DNA of 64,000 bases, taken from a virus. Below, piece after piece: positions 58,416-64,000 of the stretch (the first letter of the stretch is position 1; each line of letters opens with the position of its first letter). The translations under genes were made by a program, and so were the position numbers. The notes beneath the pieces were generated by a model. The model was not told the DNA's origin, ran no database searches, and saw only the letters and a list, made by a program, of their open reading frames with translations. The stretch spans positions 1-64,000 of IMG/VR virus record IMGVR_UViG_3300042934_000619; one strand, 5' to 3'.

Positions 58416-58924
58416 ACATGGCGAGCGCGAATTTCTCTGACCTGCTCAAGGCAGCCGAGGACGCGGGTTTCAGCAACTGCCCGCCCGGAACCTATGACGT
58501 CCGCATCGTCGAGGGCGTCGCCAAGACGACCAGCGCGGGCAAGGACATGATCGTCGTCAAGTTCGAGATCGTCGGCGGCCCGCACGGTGGGCGCAAGGTC
58601 CCGAACAACTTCGTCATCTCGCCGGAGAACGCCAACGCGCTCGGCTTCTTCTTCCGCCACATGCGGGCCATGGGCCTGGACGGTGCGTACTTCAGCCAGA
58701 ACCCCGCGCCGCAGAAGGTGGCCGCCGACCTGGTCGGTCAGACCTGTCGTATCGAAGTCGGTACGCGAGTCTGGAACGGCGAGGAGCGTGAGGACGTTAA
58801 GAAGATCATGCCGCCTCTCACGGAAGCCGGACCGGCTCCGGCGGCGCCTGCTGTCGCCACCGCGACGACCCCTGCTGCACCCGCTCCGACCGCCGATCCG
58901 ATGGCTCCTCATGTGCCGTTCTAG
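58412..58924 (+). CDS. DUF669 ssDNA-binding protein
   Basis: P.G.Y.V.I, GK.MI...F.I..G...GR, L.G..C.I; follows Sak4-like gene. Confidence 0.8.
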   Translation: MNMASANFSDLLKAAEDAGFSNCPPGTYDVRIVEGVAKTTSAGKDMIVVKFEIVGGPHGGRKVPNNFVISPENANALGFFFRHMRAMGLDGAYFSQNPAPQKVAADLVGQTCRIEVGTRVWNGEEREDVKKIMPPLTEAGPAPAAPAVATATTPAAPAPTADPMAPHVPF

Positions 58925-58982
58925 TCGTTCCCTCGTCAACCTTCCGCACGGGTGCCTCGCCTGTTAGTGTGAGGCACCCTGG

Positions 58983-59450
58983 TTGGAAAACTTGGAAGAA
59001 GTGGAAAAAGGCGTGCTTTTCGACTCATGGTTGCACACGGTGCGCGCCCAGGAGCGGGACGGCGGGGTTGACTACCGGAACCTCGCGTGCTATCCGGACA
59101 AGCTCACGGACTACATACAGGACCACATGTCCACTGCGCTCCAGGGTCTTGAGGAGCTGTATGCCGAGCTTCCGTCCAAGGTTGCGAAGGACGATGAGCA
59201 GCGCGAGGCGTGGATCACGCAGCGCGAGAGCTTCATCATCAGGACGCGGGCTGCTCTTGATCATCTCGCTGCCGCTCTGTCCGCCGTCGGATGCACCGAC
59301 GAGGAGCTGAGCGGATCCACGAAGGGGCGGGAAGAGAGCGACGGGGCTCCTCGTACCGGTACACCGTCCTGGGTTCGCGTGGACATCGAGGGCGCCTCGC
59401 TGTCCCCCTCCGACGTCACGTGCGTCTCCGGCGACGTAATCGAAAAGTGA
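58983..59450 (+). CDS. hypothetical helical protein (possible degenerate MazG/dUTPase-like fold)
   Basis: Helical E-rich pattern only. Confidence 0.4.
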   Translation: MENLEEVEKGVLFDSWLHTVRAQERDGGVDYRNLACYPDKLTDYIQDHMSTALQGLEELYAELPSKVAKDDEQREAWITQRESFIIRTRAALDHLAAALSAVGCTDEELSGSTKGREESDGAPRTGTPSWVRVDIEGASLSPSDVTCVSGDVIEK

Positions 59451-59521
59451 GCAGGTAGAAGGGACCCCCACACCCTTCATTCGAACTGTTCGTCGTATCA
59501 TTCAGGGAGCGGTGGCCGCGT

Positions 59522-59596
59522 AGCGGGATAGCGCAGTTCGGTTAGCGCGCCGGGGCCATGACTCGGAGGTCGCAGGTTCAAATCCTGCTCCCGCAA
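59522..59596 (+). tRNA. tRNA-Met (CAT) with atypical anticodon loop
   Basis: Cloverleaf; A1:A72 mismatch; loop GC-CAT-GA; GCAGG-TTCAAAT-CCTGC. Confidence 0.8.
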
Positions 59597-59621
59597 CACC
59601 GCTCGGTTCGGGGAGGTTGGG

Positions 59622-59972
59622 ATGACGGAATCGGTTGCTGAACGTCCCGCTGAACCGGTTGGAATGGGCACCACGTACGGAGGATTCGCCGACATAGCGC
59701 GTCTCCTCAATGCACGGCACCCGGAACGACCGACACCGTTCAGCCGACAACTGGCAGCGAAGTGGCACAAGCATCGGGACACGAACGGCTTCCCCGAGCG
59801 ATGTCCTGTGGAGCTGGGACCCGGCAAGGTGAAGTATCTCTTCGACCTCGACGCTGTCGAACGGTGGCACACCGGCCGAAAGGTGATCCGCCGTCCCGTG
59901 AACCCCCCGATCGAGACGATCCCTCTGTTCCAGGTGGACAGCCGGGGGTTCTGGACTCCGCTCGCTTCGTAG
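59622..59972 (+). CDS. HTH (AlpA/MerR-like) DNA-binding protein
   Basis: G.ADIA..L...RQ...W...GFP....LFDL..V..W. Confidence 0.65.
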   Translation: MTESVAERPAEPVGMGTTYGGFADIARLLNARHPERPTPFSRQLAAKWHKHRDTNGFPERCPVELGPGKVKYLFDLDAVERWHTGRKVIRRPVNPPIETIPLFQVDSRGFWTPLAS

Positions 59973-59992
59973 CGGGAATTCGGAAAAAGCGT

Positions 59993-60022
59993 TTGACCTT
60001 GAGGGCGGGGACCCGATAGGTT
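59993..60022 (+). promoter_or_regulatory. HrdB-type promoter for the Y-RNA/ro operon
   Basis: TTGACC-N18-TAGGTT. Confidence 0.65.
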
Positions 60023-60080
60023 GAACACATCGAACGACAGGTGCGAAGGGTACAGCTGCTTCTTTCGTTCGGAAGTTTTT

Positions 60081-60217
60081 CTGTCTGGTGCGCAGACGAC
60101 GGATACTTCACTGTTAATGAAGAGGTCCGGGGTTCGAGTCCCCGCCCGCTGGTAAAAAGGTGGGTAGCTCAGTTGGTAGAGCACTTACGTTTCCGTTGTC
60201 GACTTGATCTCAGACAG
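60081..60217 (+). ncRNA. Y-RNA-like element 1 with permuted tRNA-Asn(GTT) domain
   Basis: Terminal stem CTGTCTG/CAGACAG; GTGCGCAG...TGATCT; arm order anticodon, T, acceptor hairpin, D. Confidence 0.85.
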
Positions 60218-60237
60218 TTCAATTCAAAAGTGCGCAA

Positions 60238-60312
60238 GCGTCCGGTGCGAAGGCAACGACGGCTACTTCTTTTGGTGAAATCACGCCGTCACGCCGTACT
60301 GATCTCGGACGC
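60238..60312 (+). ncRNA. Y-RNA-like element 2 (short, no tRNA domain)
   Basis: GCGTCCG/CGGACGC stem; GTGCGAAG, TACTTC, TGATCT. Confidence 0.75.
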
Positions 60313-60321
60313 GTACAACTT

Positions 60322-60461
60322 GTGCCTGGTGCGCAGATGAGGAGTTCTTCGCCTTGGGAGCGGGAGGTCGCGGGTTCAAATCCCGTTCGGTCGGCAGAGC
60401 TGACCGGTAGCTCAGTCTGGAAGAGCGCCTACGATCGCCTCGTCGACTTGATCTCAGGCAC
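60322..60461 (+). ncRNA. Y-RNA-like element 3 with permuted tRNA-Pro(TGG) domain
   Basis: GTGCCTG/CAGGCAC stem; TTCGC-CTTGGGA-GCGGG, T-arm, acceptor hairpin, D-arm. Confidence 0.85.
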
Positions 60462-60471
60462 GAAAATCAGA

Positions 60472-60592
60472 TGTCCGGTGCGCAGGACGACGCGTTCATC
60501 GATGGTTCGACCCCACCCGGGAGTCCCTCGCAAGAGGCTCGCTCCTGTTGCCCACTTGGGGGCAGCTCGCGTTTCCGATCTGATCTCGGACA
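60472..60592 (+). ncRNA. Y-RNA-like element 4 (YrlA-type, T/acceptor/D arms, no anticodon arm)
   Basis: TGTCCG/CGGACA stem; GGTTCGACCC T-loop; conserved flanking motifs. Confidence 0.78.
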
Positions 60593-60598
60593 GTACAA

Positions 60599-60750
60599 GG
60601 GTGCGTAGCTCAGAAGGTAGAGCGGCCCGAAAACGGACGGGCGGCGTGTCGAGACGGTTGCGGATGCACCGAATGGCTCTCGCAGGGTCTGTAGGGAAGC
60701 GCGTTTTCCAAGCTCGGCTCACGGCGCGGGTTCGAGTCCCGTCGCATCCA
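60599..60750 (+). ncRNA. tRNA-like RNA: Ala-identity acceptor, 8-nt anticodon loop, roughly 80-nt variable-arm insert
   Basis: GGGTGCG/CGCATCC-A (G3-U70, A73), TAGCTCAGAAGGTAGAGC, GCGGG-TTCGAGT-CCCGT. Confidence 0.75.
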
Positions 60751-60863
60751 CGGCACATAATCGGCTCCGACGTCCCTACTCGACTTCAGTCGTCGGAGAA
60801 ACGAGGACTCTGGCATTGACGATGGTTATGTCCTCGTTGCCCCGGCGCAAGCCGGGGTTACCC

Positions 60864-60938
60864 GGGAGGCCCTGGCCAGGCACACGGCTAAAACACCGGC
60901 GCACCCGGTGCGAGACGGTTCAAGTCCGTCAACTCCCA
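60864..60938 (+). tRNA. degenerate tRNA-Cys(GCA)-like element
   Basis: CACCG-GCGCACC-CGGTG, GACGG-TTCAAGT-CCGTC; acceptor only 5 bp. Confidence 0.4.
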
Positions 60939-60940
60939 CT

Positions 60941-61027
60941 GGTTCCTGGTGCGAAGCCACCACGGGTACTTCATTTCTCTCTCAAAGAAACCCGAACCCC
61001 GTATCGGCACCCCTGATCTCAGGAACC
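60941..61027 (+). ncRNA. Y-RNA-like element 5 (short, pyrimidine-rich loop)
   Basis: GGTTCCTG/CAGGAACC stem; GTGCGAAG, TACTTC, TGATCT; immediately upstream of ro. Confidence 0.78.
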
Positions 61028-61073
61028 GCATGACCACCGGCACGACCGGTGCGACAGGAAGGAAGATGGAGAC

Positions 61074-62756
61074 ATGGCGCGCTTCAACTCGCGTGGACAC
61101 CGGGCGAAGCCTGCGGTGGCGACGGTAAGCAGTCCGATCGGTACTGCCACGAAGAAGGCGAACACCCGTACGTTCGAAGGCGGCGCGGGATACACGCGTG
61201 ATGCCAAGACGGAGCTGTTCCTGCGTGCGACCGGTGCGTTCCACGGCGGCGAGGGCAGCTTCTACGAGTCCGCCGACAAGCGCGACAACCGGCTTCGTGA
61301 GCTGGTACGTACGATCGCGATCGAAGACCCGGACTGGGGATTCGAGTTCGCGCGCTGGCTCCGGTCCGAGGGTCACATGCGCACGGCATCGCTGATGTTC
61401 GCCGTCGAGTACGTGCACGAGCGACTCGATGCGGAAGCGCAGGAGCCGCGCACCACCAAGTACACCAACCGTCAGATCATCGACGTCGTATGCCAGCGTC
61501 CCGACGAGCCTGGCGAGATCCTCGCGATCTGGACGGCGTGGTACGGGCGGAACATCCCGCAGTCGGTCAAGCGCGGCGTCGCCGACGCGGTTCGGCGTCT
61601 GTACAGCGAGCGCTCGCTGCTCAAGTACGACACGGACTCGAAGGCGTACCGCTTCGCCGACGTGCTGGATCTGACGCACCCGACGCCGTCCCCCGAGAAG
61701 GCCGCATGGCAGGGCCTGCTGTTCTCGTACGCCCTCAACCGGCGGCACGGACGTGGGGATGACATCCCCAGCACGCTGGATATCATCCGCAACAACGCCT
61801 CGTTCCGAGCGCGGGCGGCTGAGACGCACTCGTTGCTGTGCTCGCCGGACGCTCTGCGTGCAGCGGGCATGACGTGGGAGGACGCGCTGTCCCTCGCGGG
61901 CCAAGTAGGCGTCGACAAGCGCAAGGTCTGGGAGGCCATGATCCCCTCCATGGGGATCATGGCGCTGATCCGCAACCTGCGGAACTTCGACCAGGCTGGC
62001 GTCTCCGACGAGGTGGCCATGACGGTCATGGAGCGCCTGGCCAACCCCGAGGAGATCGCCCGGTCCAAGCAGTTCCCGTTCCGGTTCCTCGCCGCGCACC
62101 GCGCGACCAAGGACTCCCTGCGGTGGGCGTGGCCGCTGGAGCAGGCGCTTGGTCACTCGCTGGTCAACGTCCCCCGGCTCGACGGCCGGACGCTGATCCT
62201 CGTCGACCGGTCGCCGTCCATGTTCCCGGAGTACGACCACTGGTTCCCGACGCTGAAGAAGTCGGACATCAGCCGCGCCGACCAGGCTGCGGTGTTCGGC
62301 GCCGCGCTGGCCGTCCGTGCAGAGCAGCCGACGCTCGTGGAGTTCGGCGGCGGCTCGCGGGTGATCACCTTCCAGCGCGGTACGTCCGTGCTGAAGCTGG
62401 TCGACAAGTTCTACCGGGACCCGGGTACGGACATCCCGAGCGCGGTGAAGAAGCATTACGACGGGCACGACCGGGTCGTCATCCTCACCGACGAGCAGAC
62501 CCGCCCCGGGTCCCTTCCGTCGAACATGTGGCGGAGCTACGGTGGCATGCGTGAGACGGAGGTCAACGACCTCGTCCCGAAGCACGTCCCTGTATTCATG
62601 TGGAATTTCGCCGGTTACTCGGCGGCGGCCATGCCGTCCGGGAACGAGGCGCGGTTCCACCTCGGCGGACTCACCGACAAGGCATTCCAACTCATTCCGA
62701 TTCTGGAATCCGGAGTGAATGGCAGCTGGCCCTGGGAACTGGACAGCACACCCTGA
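61074..62756 (+). CDS. rsr: Ro60/Rsr TROVE-vWA RNA-binding protein
   Basis: FYESA..R, WLR....MRT, QRPDEPGE, KRGVADAV, LKYD, L.HP.P, ALIRNLRNF, SKQFPFRF; C-terminal vWA (LVDRS.SM, GTD, LTDEQ). Confidence 0.93.
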   Translation: MARFNSRGHRAKPAVATVSSPIGTATKKANTRTFEGGAGYTRDAKTELFLRATGAFHGGEGSFYESADKRDNRLRELVRTIAIEDPDWGFEFARWLRSEGHMRTASLMFAVEYVHERLDAEAQEPRTTKYTNRQIIDVVCQRPDEPGEILAIWTAWYGRNIPQSVKRGVADAVRRLYSERSLLKYDTDSKAYRFADVLDLTHPTPSPEKAAWQGLLFSYALNRRHGRGDDIPSTLDIIRNNASFRARAAETHSLLCSPDALRAAGMTWEDALSLAGQVGVDKRKVWEAMIPSMGIMALIRNLRNFDQAGVSDEVAMTVMERLANPEEIARSKQFPFRFLAAHRATKDSLRWAWPLEQALGHSLVNVPRLDGRTLILVDRSPSMFPEYDHWFPTLKKSDISRADQAAVFGAALAVRAEQPTLVEFGGGSRVITFQRGTSVLKLVDKFYRDPGTDIPSAVKKHYDGHDRVVILTDEQTRPGSLPSNMWRSYGGMRETEVNDLVPKHVPVFMWNFAGYSAAAMPSGNEARFHLGGLTDKAFQLIPILESGVNGSWPWELDSTP

Positions 62757-62768
62757 ATGCAGTAGATT
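62740..62768 (+). promoter_or_regulatory. HrdB-type promoter for the downstream tRNA cluster
   Basis: TGGACA-N17-TAGATT. Confidence 0.55.
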
Positions 62769-62887
62769 CTTACACAACGGAGAAGGAACTCTAGCGCCAA
62801 CTCCGACACCAATTTACATCCTGCGAGTGAATTGGTGATCTGCCCAGAGTCCGGCTGATGCATGCCCACGCGTCGGCCGGACGGCAG

Positions 62888-62956
62888 GGGGCCGCCGGTA
62901 GCTAAAGGGAGGACTGAGCAGCTCCCCGAAGATAGGTTCAATTCCTACTGGTCCCA
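62888..62956 (+). tRNA. degenerate tRNA-like element
   Basis: GGGGCCG/TGGTCCC-A, TAGG-TTCAATT-CCTA; no proper D-arm, 10-nt anticodon loop. Confidence 0.4.
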
Positions 62957-62960
62957 CGAA

Positions 62961-63034
62961 GACCTCGTAGCTCAGTTGGATAGAGCGGTGGATTCCTAAT
63001 CCGCAGGTCGCAGGTTCGAGTCCTGCCGTGGTCA
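62961..63034 (+). tRNA. tRNA-Arg (CCT)
   Basis: Canonical cloverleaf, loop TT-CCT-AA. Confidence 0.93.
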
Positions 63035-63035
63035 C

Positions 63036-63109
63036 GGACGCGTAGCCCAATTGGTAGAGGCGTCTGGCTCAGGTCCAGAAGGTTGGGGGTTCGAATCCCT
63101 CCGTGTCCA
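63036..63109 (+). tRNA. tRNA-Leu (CAG), short variable loop
   Basis: Cloverleaf, loop CT-CAG-GT, A73. Confidence 0.85.
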
Positions 63110-63145
63110 CTTGCTTCACCGGGACAGTCGAAGGAGATATGGCAA

Positions 63146-63454
63146 ATGCTGGTTGTGACGGTGAGTGTGTGGCCCGGCGGAGACTTCGAACGGGGCACCG
63201 AGGTGGCCCGTGTCGGACTGTTGAACAGGACGCAGCTCGGAGACTTCGCGAACTACGATCTGGTGGCCCTGCTGGCTCGTGACAAGGAGGAGCGGGTCAT
63301 CCGGTCGGAGGTCAACCAGCATGAGCGGGCGCACGGTTGGGTGCCACTCGTCCGGCGGGCCATGACCGAAATTCACCTCAGCGATCCGTGTATGCATGGC
63401 GCCCCGTACGATGACCCCACCGCTGTACTACTTCGGAAGGGGAGCCATGAGTGA
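63146..63454 (+). CDS. hypothetical protein
   Basis: RBS AAGGAG; ML.VTV..WPGG. Confidence 0.7.
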   Translation: MLVVTVSVWPGGDFERGTEVARVGLLNRTQLGDFANYDLVALLARDKEERVIRSEVNQHERAHGWVPLVRRAMTEIHLSDPCMHGAPYDDPTAVLLRKGSHE

Positions 63455-63731
63455 CGAGGTTCTCGACTCAGGTGACGTGATTGATGCGCGGGAGCTGTGG
63501 CTGCCGCAGTTCCGACACGAGGGAGGTGCGTGGACGGACATCGCCACGCATCGCGCGGACCCCGCAGAAGCGCTGCGCATCTACGACTTCTGGGTGGGAA
63601 ATCATGCGGACGTTGAGCTTCGGATGACGAAGACATACGTGACGACTGTAGGCGTATCCCTCGATGTGCTACGTGAAGCGGTCGCGCAGAAGGCTGACGA
63701 AAAGAACGAGACAGCCGTACAATCCGAGTAA
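63447..63731 (+). CDS. hypothetical protein
   Basis: RBS GGGGAG. Confidence 0.65.
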   Translation: MSDEVLDSGDVIDARELWLPQFRHEGGAWTDIATHRADPAEALRIYDFWVGNHADVELRMTKTYVTTVGVSLDVLREAVAQKADEKNETAVQSE

Positions 63732-63944
63732 TCAGCACTGCGCTGAAGCGGGGTGACGGGCATGACACGAGAACAGCAAGTGTACGCCGACACACTGAAC
63801 CTCCTCGGGTCCGACGTGATGGACGACCCCGAGATACAGAGCCTCCTGGATCAGGAGCACGCGAGGGCGGATCGCTCCTTCGCCTTCACCCTCGCCAAGC
63901 GTTACGCGGTGAGGTGCCTGTCCAACCCGAGTTGACTAAAAACG

Positions 63945-63988
63945 AAAGAGCCTCCCCCGGACCAATACGGTCACGGAGGAGGCTCTTT
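63945..63988. terminator. putative bidirectional terminator
   Basis: AAAGAGCCTCC...GGAGGCTCTTT. Confidence 0.6.
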
Positions 63989-64000
63989 GAAGTTTCTGCA

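Noticed and set aside
60029-60048. LexA box (TCGAAC-GACAG-GTGCGA) at the Y-RNA promoter
   Set aside because: Spacer is 5 rather than 4 nt and the right half is explained by the Y-RNA GTGCG motif
60081-60461. Ordinary tRNA-Asn and tRNA-Pro genes
   Set aside because: Arms are in permuted order with a loop-closed acceptor stem, so they are not canonical tRNA genes
60599-60750. tmRNA
   Set aside because: Has G3-U70 but is only about 150 nt, has a paired D-stem, the insert is in the variable arm, and there is no stop-terminated tag frame ending in ALAA
60081-61027. Recurring GTGCG/TGATCT motifs as a CRISPR or direct-repeat array
   Set aside because: Motifs are short and bracket self-pairing RNA units of unequal size next to a Ro gene

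Overview
High-GC, gene-dense segment that reads as the early/replication half of a large actinobacterial (most likely Streptomyces) phage or phage-plasmid. No capsid, terminase, tail, lysis or integrase gene is recognisable in the window. Layout: (1) 1-14.2 kb, about 40 small coupled hypothetical genes on +, with seven parS-type palindromes in the first 2.25 kb. (2) 14.3-20.3 kb, a minus-strand block with dCTP deaminase, a DUF2829/Tad2-like protein, a repeat-rich putative origin and a Prim-Pol/helicase. (3) 20.5-51 kb, accessory genes on +: RlaP-like nucleotidyltransferase, HicA-like protein, XRE/LuxR HTHs, a methyltransferase, a RecD/Dda helicase, vWA, TerD, an LAxTG micro-protein coupled to a hyaluronan-synthase-like GT2, a ParB-like protein, a SLOG protein, and two hairpin-rich non-coding loci with aberrant tRNA-like cores. 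(4) 51.4-59.5 kb, PolA, RuvC-like, SNF2, Cas4-like exonuclease, AAA_24 and DUF669. (5) 59.5-63.1 kb, an RNA module: tRNA-Met, five Y-RNA-like elements (two contain circularly permuted tRNAs that keep Asn and Pro anticodon arms), tRNA-like RNAs, a Ro60/TROVE gene and further tRNAs. The strongest candidates for something new are this Ro/Y-RNA array, a set of tRNA-scaffolded ncRNAs (two with a full G3-U70/A73 alanine identity but no usable anticodon), and the intergenic parS array. All assignments come from reading motifs by eye; no searches were run.
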